A DNA stretch of 64,000 nt from contig JBMOPW010000014.1 of the NCBI GenBank assembly GCA_049322915.1, positions 344,983-408,982 of the forward strand, given 5' to 3'. Within the stretch, counting starts at the first letter, position 1. The number at the start of each line of letters is the position of its first letter. Position numbers and translations under genes: made by a program. The DNA is from Candidatus Zhuqueibacterota bacterium. Its GTDB lineage: Bacteria > Zhuqueibacterota > Zhuqueibacteria > Thermofontimicrobiales > Thermofontimicrobiaceae. The notes under the pieces are model-generated. The model searched no databases, was not told the origin of the DNA, and saw only the letters and a program-made list of their open reading frames with translations. This document shows, piece by piece, positions 19,545-29,126 of the stretch.

Positions 19545-19959
19545 GACTCCTGTAAAAAATGCAATTTGGTAAATAGGGACCGGTAATGAACTATTCAGAT
19601 CTCGTTATTAAAAAGGATGACAGAAGTGGCCTTTCGCTTATGTTAACGTCAATAAAATATTACGAAAGCATTTACTGGTTTGCATTCAGGAAAGTCAATT
19701 GTTGATCGGATGGCGATGCCTCTATCAGCCATCGGTTTATTTGGCATGCAAGCGAATTGCATGAAAGCGATACGCTCCATATTAAACAATTAGTTATTGC
19801 TAATGATTATTCCTATTTCAGAATTTCAGTTGATATGATTCGTGGAGATTTCTTTACCAGATATAAAATCTCAAAGAAACAAATATTTTACAACGCTATA
19901 GTATTTTAACTAAACGCTATGTACTGCCGTGTTCAACTCTACCCAGAAAGGATGAAAAC

Positions 19960-22900
19960 ATGCCACAAAGCAAAAAGTACTACTGGATCGTTACGCTGCT
20001 GTTCATTGTCGGACTTATGTGTTACCATCACACTGTGATGGCGCAGAATTTACAGGTTCGCGTGACCAAAAAACCGATACCGGGAGTGCCTCTTTCCAAA
20101 GGAAATTCGGCTCCGGTTCAACAATTACAGAGCGCGGATAATAAAGGAAAAAGCGCCGAAGCAGTGCCGCTGAAACAAGAAGCGCCGAATGATCCAAACC
20201 TGGGCGCTACGAAGATATCGCAAAGTTACCCTGTCGATCTGTTGAAGGTTCAAAAACCGTTCACCAAGCCAATGGATTATTCAGAGCAAACACAGTCTCA
20301 TAAACCAATTTTAAAAACCGGCAACGGCAAGCTTGACACCGAGCAAACACGTATTGTGAATAAATTGTCGGGCGCTCGGAATGAAGCTGACGTAAGTCCG
20401 TCGGACGAGATTGCTCCCACAAAGGGCAGTTTCACGATGAAAATCCCACTAAACAGGGATGGGCTTGAAGGGACGACAGACAATGGTTCATTTACACTAT
20501 CGAGTGGAACTATCAATCAAAGTATTCCTGATGGCGGTTACTATTGGTTAGGTATGGCCACGGCTACAGTGTTGCCAGCAGGCGCTGTTGTCACTGATTT
20601 AGAATACAGAATTCGAGTGGATGATTCAGGCGATGCTCAGACGTTCTATTGTGGGGATTACGAAATTTATCTTTCGACGGACGCAACGGGCGGAGCGAGC
20701 AGGTACCTGAGCATCTATTATCACCTGGGCGGACGGACGGACGGCGGGTTTGATGATGATACAGAAGACGATAGCGATATTTATCTCAACTGGCGTTCCA
20801 CATCGGAGTTCAACGGCGAGGACGCAAGTCAATTCTTTTTCGCCTGGGTGGAAGATAGTTGGTCTTCGGATTACGGAATATTGAATTATGTGGAATTCAA
20901 TGTATTCTGGGAGACACAAGGCTTGCCCAACTTGAGCGCCGATTTCACGCCGACTGGATGGTCTGGTCCCATTGTCGCTTCTTCAGTGTCCGGGACTAAT
21001 TCTGATGGGCCTGATTTGCAAGCTGGTCAGACCACCTATATCGATTTTGCGTTTGTCAACTGGGATGTCGATATTCCAGCTTCAACACGTTTCTATATTT
21101 ACCTCTACGATGGCTCGTCCTACATTCAAGGCTGGTACATGGATGGATTGGGCGCAAATTATTATGTCACCGTACAAGATTTTGTGTATACCTTCTCGGC
21201 TGGAAACCACACTTTGAACACATCTGTGGATGCCACTGATGTGGTGGCAGAATCAGACGAGTATGATAACGAGTATTCAAAGACATTTTATTGGGCTTCG
21301 GGCGGGTTACCAAACCTCATTGCCGCTTACACCCCGACTGGCTGGGATTATCCCATCGTCGCGTCGTCAGTCGCCGGGACGAATACCGCTGGCCCGAGTC
21401 TGAAGGCTGGCGAGACGACCTATATTGATTTTGCGATCATCAATCAGGATCAGGATATTCCATCCGGAACCACGTTCTGGGTCTATCTCTACGATGGGTC
21501 AACTTATTTACAGGGCTGGTACTGGGATGGCTTGCTCCAGGACTGGTACGGATATGTTGAAGATTATCAATCCATTTTCACAGCGGGATATCACACATTA
21601 GCGACAGAGGCTGATGCCACGGATGTTGTGGCAGAATCCGATGAATCTGACAATGAATATGCGCGTCAGTATTTCTGGGACTCAACGCCGGCCGGCGATC
21701 CGGATATTGATGTTCAGCCTTTGTCGATTACAATCAACGAGACGTCCGGGAATGCGAATGCCAACACCAAAAATTCCGGGTTGCGCAGTGACGAGTTTTC
21801 CATCGTTGCGCCCATTGATAGCAAATACATCGTCGGAACAGCGATTACCAAAAATGGCAACGAGGTGGTGAAGGTGATTGTCCCGGGAAAACCGCCTGAT
21901 AATTATCGCGCGCCTGCGGCGCAGATGTCGCTCGCCGCTGTAACGCTGCCCACAATGCCCGCATACGATTGGTCATTCGGCTGCTCTGCCACATCCGCTG
22001 CCATGATGGCCGGCTATTATGACAATGTCGGCTATACGAACATGTACACCGGACCGACAAATGGCGGCGTGATGCCAATGGATAATTCCTCATGGGGCGC
22101 CGTCTTTATCAACGGGGAAACGAGAAGTCAGTGCCCGTTGAGCGCCACGAGAAATACCGTGGATGGGCGAACGACGCGCGGCCATGTGGATGATTACTGG
22201 ATCAAATACGGCGAAGGAGGTCCTGATCCGTTCGTAACAAACGGCTGGACAGAACATACACAGGGTGAGTGCACCGGCGATTATATGGGAACCAACCAGG
22301 ATTATTGGGACAACACAGACGGTTCAACAACATTCTGGATGAACTTTGATGGCTCTCCGTTGTATGACTTTTCTGAATGTGAAACCTACTCGCCGCCTTC
22401 TCGGGATGGCTGCCACGGTATGCGCCTGTTTTTTGAATCCAGAGGCTATGTGGTCATTCAAAACTACACACAGCTCATCTATGGTTACAATGGCAACACG
22501 CTCGGTTTCACCTATCAGCAGTACAAAAGCGAAATCGATGCCGGCCGCCCGGTGATGATTCACGTGGAAGGGCATAGCATGGTCGGCGTCGGTTATGATA
22601 ATAGCAGCAGCACCATCTATATCCATGATACGTGGGATTATCAGACCCATACGATGACCTGGGGCGGCGACTATTCCGGTTTGCAGCATTGGGGAGTTTC
22701 AGTTGTGGAATTGGAACCTACTACAGGCCCGGGCGATTATTTCGTGATCTACAATATTGGCAGTGCCGTGTTGACGATAGATGGAATTTCCAACTCGAAA
22801 AGCTGGTTGACAACCAGCGCCTTCCCGGCCACACCATTCACCATCCAGCCGGGCGGCAATCAATCAGTGATCCTGAATGTCGATTGGAACCTGGTGGCTG

Positions 22901-24885
22901 CTCAGGATCAGGACCTGGTTGACATTCATTCCAATGATCCGGATGAAGCGGTTGTCTCGGTGACTGTCACTGCAAATCCGGCCGGATCGCCGGCGCTATC
23001 GGTGAGCCCGTCGAGCTATCATGCGCCAGTGAGCGGAGGGAGCCAGGTTGTCACAGTGGCAAACAGCGGCTCGGGCGGAACTTTCACGTGGACAGCCTCG
23101 CCGAGCAATACCTGGATCACGGTGAATCCAACGACCGGCGCTCCCGGCCAAACATTCACGTTATCCGTTCAGGCGAACTCGGGCGCTTCGCGATCGGGCG
23201 CAGTCACTGTCAGTGCGCCGGGAGCGGCTGACTCACCGCAAAGCGTGCAGGTGAATCAGGATGGTTCCGGCGACCAGGTGAATTTGTGGATCGACACCAA
23301 TCTTGGCGGCCCCCAGGGCGCGTCGATTACGATTCCCATTCATTGCAGCGATCTCACCGGCAAGTCCGTCTACTCATCGGATATTTCAATCAGCTATGAT
23401 CAAAACGTCCTGACTGCTGTTGACACAGATATTAGCGGGACAGTCCTTGCGGCTTCTGGCTGGAGCGCGCCGACAAAAAATATTACGCCGGGAAAAATTA
23501 CCATGGCCCTGGCCGGCAGTTCGCCATTGTCCGGCAGCGGTGATCTCGTTAAAATCGTGTTCACTATTAACGGCGCTACGGGCAGCAGCACATCCCTGCA
23601 TTTCGAAACTGCAATGATGAATGAAGGCCAGCCCCCTGTTTCCGGTACGGATGGATTTTTCACTGTCATGGAAACCCGATTCGACGTAACCGGCCGGGTC
23701 GGCTATTATTCCGATTCTGCCAAGCCAGTGGGTAATGTGAATGTGGCAGCCACCGGCGCTGAGAGCAAAACGGCGACCACCAATGCCTCCGGCGATTATG
23801 GGTTACTGGATTTGACTCAGGGCAATTATACCGTGACGCCACAGAAGAGCGGCGGGATCAATAATGCCGTCACAGCTTTCGACGCTTCCATCATTCTGCG
23901 CTTCTCTGTTGGTTTGTACACCTTAACTCCGTACGCGAAACTGGCTGCGGACGTCTCCGGGAATGGCGCCATCACGGCCTACGACGCCTCGTTCATTTTG
24001 CGGTACAGCGTTGGCGCTGTGACCAGTTTCCCGGTCGGAACAGACTGGACGTTCGTCCCGGGCGATTTCTCAATTTCTGACGCCAACTGGTCCACTGCTC
24101 CCCGCGGTCGTACGTACACCCCGCTGAGCGCAAATCAGGCCGGTCAGGATTTCGTCGGCATTTTGTACGGCGATGCTTCGGGCAACTGGACCGGGGCGAG
24201 GTTGTCCGGCGCTGGCGCGCAAGTCGAAATTGGGATAGATGAGATCAAGCGACAGAGCGAAGGGAGAATACTCGTTCCGCTGGAAGTGAATTTTTCAGAT
24301 GAGGCTTATTCCGGCAGTTTCACAGTAAACATGAACAGCGCCAACCTGACGTATGTGTCCAGCTCTCTGAGAAATGTCCAGGCGGACGAAGTCATGTGCG
24401 CTGGAAAAACAATTCATCAGGGCGCAACAATCGCGCTGGCGTCTGCCCATCCTCTGCATCAGAAAGGATTGGTGATCGATCTGGTGTTTGAAGCGACAGG
24501 GCCGGTCGATCTGGCTGCGCTGGGATTCGATTTCTCCGATATTACTGTGGATGATCACAGCACAAACCTCACGGTTGTGCGCGATCATTCCGGGCAGGAA
24601 ATTCCCGATGAATGGAAACTGGAACAGAATTATCCGAATCCATTTAATTCCGGCACAGTCATAAATTACCATGTCCCGCAATCATCCCACGTAGTCATTG
24701 AAGTCTACAATCTGCTGGGACAGCGGCTCAGTACCCTGGTGAATCAGGCTATGGAACCCGGTTCGTACCATGTCAATTGGAACGGGCTTGACGACGCAGG
24801 TAAATTTGTGGGAAGCGGCATTTATCTGTACAAGATGCGCGCTGGCAGTTTCACGCTGATGAAGAAAATGGTGCTGGTGCAGTAA
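19960..24885 (+). CDS. Secreted papain-like (C39/C10-like) peptidase with 2x CARDB, BACON-like, cohesin, dockerin and CTD
   Basis: Two CARDB repeats (PNL...VAESDE.DNEY); GCSATSAAM (Cys675), GHSM (His872), IHDTW (Asp890); cohesin-like GASITIPI...SYDQNVL; dockerin pair TAFDAS.ILR / ADVSGNGAITAYDAS; CTD. Confidence 0.82.
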   Translation: MPQSKKYYWIVTLLFIVGLMCYHHTVMAQNLQVRVTKKPIPGVPLSKGNSAPVQQLQSADNKGKSAEAVPLKQEAPNDPNLGATKISQSYPVDLLKVQKPFTKPMDYSEQTQSHKPILKTGNGKLDTEQTRIVNKLSGARNEADVSPSDEIAPTKGSFTMKIPLNRDGLEGTTDNGSFTLSSGTINQSIPDGGYYWLGMATATVLPAGAVVTDLEYRIRVDDSGDAQTFYCGDYEIYLSTDATGGASRYLSIYYHLGGRTDGGFDDDTEDDSDIYLNWRSTSEFNGEDASQFFFAWVEDSWSSDYGILNYVEFNVFWETQGLPNLSADFTPTGWSGPIVASSVSGTNSDGPDLQAGQTTYIDFAFVNWDVDIPASTRFYIYLYDGSSYIQGWYMDGLGANYYVTVQDFVYTFSAGNHTLNTSVDATDVVAESDEYDNEYSKTFYWASGGLPNLIAAYTPTGWDYPIVASSVAGTNTAGPSLKAGETTYIDFAIINQDQDIPSGTTFWVYLYDGSTYLQGWYWDGLLQDWYGYVEDYQSIFTAGYHTLATEADATDVVAESDESDNEYARQYFWDSTPAGDPDIDVQPLSITINETSGNANANTKNSGLRSDEFSIVAPIDSKYIVGTAITKNGNEVVKVIVPGKPPDNYRAPAAQMSLAAVTLPTMPAYDWSFGCSATSAAMMAGYYDNVGYTNMYTGPTNGGVMPMDNSSWGAVFINGETRSQCPLSATRNTVDGRTTRGHVDDYWIKYGEGGPDPFVTNGWTEHTQGECTGDYMGTNQDYWDNTDGSTTFWMNFDGSPLYDFSECETYSPPSRDGCHGMRLFFESRGYVVIQNYTQLIYGYNGNTLGFTYQQYKSEIDAGRPVMIHVEGHSMVGVGYDNSSSTIYIHDTWDYQTHTMTWGGDYSGLQHWGVSVVELEPTTGPGDYFVIYNIGSAVLTIDGISNSKSWLTTSAFPATPFTIQPGGNQSVILNVDWNLVAAQDQDLVDIHSNDPDEAVVSVTVTANPAGSPALSVSPSSYHAPVSGGSQVVTVANSGSGGTFTWTASPSNTWITVNPTTGAPGQTFTLSVQANSGASRSGAVTVSAPGAADSPQSVQVNQDGSGDQVNLWIDTNLGGPQGASITIPIHCSDLTGKSVYSSDISISYDQNVLTAVDTDISGTVLAASGWSAPTKNITPGKITMALAGSSPLSGSGDLVKIVFTINGATGSSTSLHFETAMMNEGQPPVSGTDGFFTVMETRFDVTGRVGYYSDSAKPVGNVNVAATGAESKTATTNASGDYGLLDLTQGNYTVTPQKSGGINNAVTAFDASIILRFSVGLYTLTPYAKLAADVSGNGAITAYDASFILRYSVGAVTSFPVGTDWTFVPGDFSISDANWSTAPRGRTYTPLSANQAGQDFVGILYGDASGNWTGARLSGAGAQVEIGIDEIKRQSEGRILVPLEVNFSDEAYSGSFTVNMNSANLTYVSSSLRNVQADEVMCAGKTIHQGATIALASAHPLHQKGLVIDLVFEATGPVDLAALGFDFSDITVDDHSTNLTVVRDHSGQEIPDEWKLEQNYPNPFNSGTVINYHVPQSSHVVIEVYNLLGQRLSTLVNQAMEPGSYHVNWNGLDDAGKFVGSGIYLYKMRAGSFTLMKKMVLVQ

Positions 24886-24914
24886 CAGCTATTGAAATAG
24901 TCAGTACATAACAC

Positions 24915-24960
24915 AAAGTCCTTCCGATGTGCAAATCAACTTCGGAAGGACTTTTTATTT
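24915..24960 (+). terminator. Rho-independent terminator
   Basis: 13-bp stem AAAGTCCTTCCGA/TCGGAAGGACTTT plus a T tract, 30 bp after the stop at 24885. Confidence 0.8.
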
Positions 24961-25091
24961 GTGAAATCATCAAATACGTTTATACTGGAGATCTCAGTTG
25001 ATCAGAAAATAGAATGATGGGACTGAGGACAGGAACTCAGGCAGCAGTCGCATTCTAACCGCGTTTCGATGAGGCTGGAAGAAGCTGCCGC

Positions 25092-28000
25092 TCAAATGTC
25101 TTTGTCGCCGAAATAGGTGTAAAAAACCGGCACGGCGATCAGACTGATGACCGTCGAGATACTGAGTCCGATGATCAATGTGATAGCCAGGGGTTGCTGC
25201 AATTCAGCGCCTTCGCCGAAGCCAAGCGCCATGGGAAATAAGCCCAGAACAGTGGTAATAAACGTCATGATGATAGGGCGAAATCGCTTTTTACTGGCCT
25301 CATCGATTGCTTCCAAAACAGTGGCGCCCTGTCTGCGGTGTTGATTGATAAAGTCGACTTTCACGATGGAATCGTTCACCGCGATGCCGGCGAGCACAAT
25401 CAACCCGATGAAGGAAATGACATTCAGTCCGATGCCGCTGAGCCAGAGAACGATGCTGAGAAAGGCGATGGTCAACGGCACATCCAGCAGGATGATGAAC
25501 GGATGCCTGAGCGATTCAAATTGCGCTGCCATAATCATGTAGATCAGCAGGATAGCGATGACCAGCGCAAAGACGAGGCTGCGGAATGAGCGGTGCACCT
25601 CTTCCTGCTCGCCGCCGATGACGATCTGGTAATCCGGCGGGATTTGTATTGGGTCAAGCGTGCGCGTAATGTCGCTGACTACGTCGCTGAGGCTTCGATT
25701 GGAAATGTTGGCTAACAGGCAGACCTGCCGGTTCTGGTCTTCATGGCGAATTTCACTGGGGCCCAGTGAGGGTGTGACAGTCACCAGTTCCCGCAGTGGG
25801 ATGGTGAGGTTATTTTCAGTGATGGCAAGGCTCAACAAATCGGCCAAATCGTCTCGCTGAGAGAGCTGCGGCCGAACCATCACGGAAATTTTACGGTCGA
25901 AATCCTTGAATTCCGTCGCCTGCAAACCGGCGAGTTGGTATTTGATGAATTCAGCGATGGTGGCTACGGTGAAGCCATAGCGGCTGGCTTTTTCCCTGTC
26001 GATTTCAATTCGGTACTCCGGCTGTCCTTCAATGTAGTCCGAGTGAAGGTCTTTCAATCCCGCAATGCCCGCGAGTCGTTGGGCGATGGAATCGGCCATG
26101 TCGCGACATGCGCTCAACTCGCTGCCGCGAAACTTAATGACAATCGGCGGGGTTGCCGTCCCTAAAATCTGTTGAAAAATATGTTCGCCGCTGTCGAATG
26201 TCAGAGTGCCGGCAGTCAAACCGGCAGCGTGAGATCGGAGTGCGGTAACCAAGTCGCCGGTGGAGCGGGCGCGTTTTTTTTTCAATTGGATCTGGAGTTT
26301 GGCGTGATTGATTCCTGCGTCTTCGGAAAATTGCGCCGCCTGATCTTCGCTCAGTCCGATGGCGGAAAATACCGCCGCGACATCGGGCTGGGACGTGAGC
26401 CATTTCTCGATCGTCGAAGCGGCGGCCTCGGTCGCTTCCAGCGTACTGCCAACCGGCAATTCCATGTTCACGGAAAATTCGCCCTGATCAACCAGTGGCA
26501 TCAACTGACGATTCATGAAACGAATGGATACCAGACCCAGAACAAAAAGGATGACCACGATGACGATGAATCGTCCCCGATAATTGAGGGAGAGTTGGAG
26601 CAGCCAGTGGTAACCAACCTCAGCGGATTCGTACTGCCGGTCGAACCAGTTGAAGATCGGTTGCATTCGCTTGTGAATTCGGGATGAAATCTTTTGCAGG
26701 GAAGACCTGAAAAAATCGGACAGGGCTCGGAGCAGTTGGCTCGCGCCAAAGCCGCTGTAAAAGGCCAACCAGAGGATGGGATTGACCAGCCATTTCCAGG
26801 GGCGACTGGAAATTTTTCGCGGCGACCCCGCTGTGGTGGGTTGTCGCTCCATTGTTCTGAGAAACGAATCCGGCTGGAATCGGCAGCTCATCATGGGAAG
26901 CAGCGTGAGCGCGACGACGAGAGAAGCGATCAGCGAGAAGGCAACGGTGATAGCCTGATCGTGGAAGAGCTGGCCGGCGACACCGTAGATGTAGACCACG
27001 GGAAGGAAAATCGCGATTGTGGTGAAGGTGGATGCAGAAATAGCCAGGGCCACTTCTTTGGCACCGAGGTACGCTGCCTCCATCATGGGCTTCCCTTCCT
27101 GCCGATGCCGGAAGATGTTTTCCAGCACAATAATGGCGTTGTCCACCAACATACCAACGCCCAGCGCCAGCCCTCCGATGGACATGATATTCAAACTGAT
27201 GCCTGAAAAATAAAGCAGGCCAAAAGTAGCCAGCACAGAAATAGGGATGGACAGGGAGATATTGAACGGATTTCTGAAATCGTGGAGGAAAACGAACAGC
27301 ACTAAAAACGATAGCAGCGCGCCGAGGTAGAGGTTTTGCATGACTGAGCTGATGGAACTGGAAATGAATCTGGCGCTGTTGTAAGCGACCGTGATTTGAA
27401 TATTCGGATTTTCGCGTCGTAACTGGTCTAATACCTCATCGATCAATTTACTGACAGCGACGGTATTGGCCCCGGCCTCCTTGCGCACAATCACCCCGAT
27501 GCTCTCATTGTTGTTGAAGCGCGTGATGCTCTGCCGATCACGAAAGCCGTCCACGACGCGGGCAATATCGCGAATCCGAATTTGCGAGCCATCATCCCGA
27601 TGCTGAATGACGACATTCTCGATCTCGGCTACGTCCTGAAATTCACTGATGGTTCGGAGGGAGTAGCGATAAAGGCCGCGCTTGATTGTCCCGCCGGTGA
27701 TGCTGTAATTGGCGAGCTTCAGCGCATTGGTCACCTGATTGGAACTGAGATGCAGCGCATGGAGCGCGCGCTGGTCAACATCAACCTGTATCTCCCGCTC
27801 CAGGCCGCCGGTCACAGTGGCCATCGCCACGCCTTTGATCTGTTCCAGGCGGCGCTTGAAGACATTGCGCGCAAGTTCTTTGAGATGGACGAGATTGCTG
27901 CCCGACAGCGAAATGGCCATGATGGGCTGATTTCGGGGATCGATGCGAAGGATGTTGGGCCGCTCAGCTTCCCGGGGCAGTGTCCAGCGAAGCTGATCCA

Positions 28001-28334
28001 GTTTCTCACGGATGCTCAGCGTGGCAAAATCCATGTGCGTGCCCCAGAGAAATTCAATGGTGACTAGCGATAATCCATTTTTGGAGACGGAATTTGTGCT
28101 CCGAATGCCCTCCACCGTGCCTATGGATTCTTCAATGGGGCGGGTGATTAACTCTTCAATCTCCCGGGGACCCATATCTTCCATCGTCGTCCAGATGGTC
28201 AATTTGGGATAGGATAGATCCGGCAGAAGGTCAACGCTCAGTTGAAACAGAGAAATAATTCCGATGAGACAGACTGCCACGAAAAACATCGTGGTCGAGA
28301 CAGGCCGATTGATGGATAGTTGAGATATATGCAT
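25092..28334 (-). CDS. RND efflux transporter permease subunit (AcrB/AcrD/AcrF family)
   Basis: 1080 aa; RPVST, GMLVDNAIIVLEN, MAAQFES, RFRPIIMT, PLA motifs. Confidence 0.93.
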   Translation of the reverse strand: MHISQLSINRPVSTTMFFVAVCLIGIISLFQLSVDLLPDLSYPKLTIWTTMEDMGPREIEELITRPIEESIGTVEGIRSTNSVSKNGLSLVTIEFLWGTHMDFATLSIREKLDQLRWTLPREAERPNILRIDPRNQPIMAISLSGSNLVHLKELARNVFKRRLEQIKGVAMATVTGGLEREIQVDVDQRALHALHLSSNQVTNALKLANYSITGGTIKRGLYRYSLRTISEFQDVAEIENVVIQHRDDGSQIRIRDIARVVDGFRDRQSITRFNNNESIGVIVRKEAGANTVAVSKLIDEVLDQLRRENPNIQITVAYNSARFISSSISSVMQNLYLGALLSFLVLFVFLHDFRNPFNISLSIPISVLATFGLLYFSGISLNIMSIGGLALGVGMLVDNAIIVLENIFRHRQEGKPMMEAAYLGAKEVALAISASTFTTIAIFLPVVYIYGVAGQLFHDQAITVAFSLIASLVVALTLLPMMSCRFQPDSFLRTMERQPTTAGSPRKISSRPWKWLVNPILWLAFYSGFGASQLLRALSDFFRSSLQKISSRIHKRMQPIFNWFDRQYESAEVGYHWLLQLSLNYRGRFIVIVVILFVLGLVSIRFMNRQLMPLVDQGEFSVNMELPVGSTLEATEAAASTIEKWLTSQPDVAAVFSAIGLSEDQAAQFSEDAGINHAKLQIQLKKKRARSTGDLVTALRSHAAGLTAGTLTFDSGEHIFQQILGTATPPIVIKFRGSELSACRDMADSIAQRLAGIAGLKDLHSDYIEGQPEYRIEIDREKASRYGFTVATIAEFIKYQLAGLQATEFKDFDRKISVMVRPQLSQRDDLADLLSLAITENNLTIPLRELVTVTPSLGPSEIRHEDQNRQVCLLANISNRSLSDVVSDITRTLDPIQIPPDYQIVIGGEQEEVHRSFRSLVFALVIAILLIYMIMAAQFESLRHPFIILLDVPLTIAFLSIVLWLSGIGLNVISFIGLIVLAGIAVNDSIVKVDFINQHRRQGATVLEAIDEASKKRFRPIIMTFITTVLGLFPMALGFGEGAELQQPLAITLIIGLSISTVISLIAVPVFYTYFGDKDI

Positions 28335-28363
28335 GAATTGCAGCAGGTTAAATTATAAGTTAC

Positions 28364-28947
28364 GTAATTGATCACAGGGGATCAAAAGTTGTATTTGTTT
28401 ACTTTGGACAGGATAACAGGATGATAATGATTTACCGGATTATTCTCTATCCGGTAATATCCTCACCTTTCTTTTTACTTCTACCTTATGTGGAGAGAAA
28501 TTCAGCAATAAGCCTACTGGTTTGATAGTGGCCGTTAGATAATTCACCAACTGGACTTCAAACTCCTTTACTATTTTTTCTACGGATTTCAATTCAATGA
28601 TGATCAGCTCGTCGACAATAATATCCGCTTTAAAATTGCCGACGACTACTCCTTCATAATAAACCTTTATGGGTTTTTGTCTTTCTACAGCAAATCCCAT
28701 TTTTTTTAATTCAATTGTCAGGGCATTTTCATAAACAGACTCCAAAAAACCAAATCCTAACATGTTATATACGTTGTAAGCACAGCCAATAATTTTTTCA
28801 GTCAAGCTTGCAAGTTCCATTACGCAGCCTCCTGTGATTTACACGATTATGTTTTGATTAACATGATAAAGAGCTAAAGTTAATTAATCCTGTCTATCCC
28901 AAACATCCTGTTATCCTGTCATTCTTAACTACCCTGTGATCGGTTAC
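28364..28947. mobile_element. Inverted-repeat-bounded cassette carrying the GxxExxY gene (IS66-like GTAA ends)
   Basis: Outer IR GTAATTGATCACAGGG (28364-28379)/CCCTGTGATCGGTTAC (28932-28947), 14/16; inner perfect 17-bp IR GACAGGATAACAGGATG (28407-28423/28904-28920); flanks TAAGTTAC/AAAGTTCT match 5/8 in register. Confidence 0.65.
28440..28820 (-). CDS. GxxExxY protein (PD-(D/E)XK nuclease family)
   Basis: LGFGFLESVYENAL, KADIIV..IIELKSV, QLVNYL, GLLLNF; GGAGG RBS; visibly more AT-rich than its neighbours. Confidence 0.93.
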   Translation of the reverse strand: MELASLTEKIIGCAYNVYNMLGFGFLESVYENALTIELKKMGFAVERQKPIKVYYEGVVVGNFKADIIVDELIIIELKSVEKIVKEFEVQLVNYLTATIKPVGLLLNFSPHKVEVKRKVRILPDRE

Positions 28948-29126
28948 AAAGTTCTAAGTTAATGGACAATCTTCCTGAGTTCAATTGACCGGCGGCTGCA
29001 TCAATCAAGGTTGGAATAAATGCCCCCGGCTGTTTGCCGTCGAGTTTCCCGCGTTCCGGCGCAGGTAGGGATTCCGCAAAATGTCAGAAAATCCTGAGTT
29101 AGCATAAGAGCGCATTGGGACCGGTT

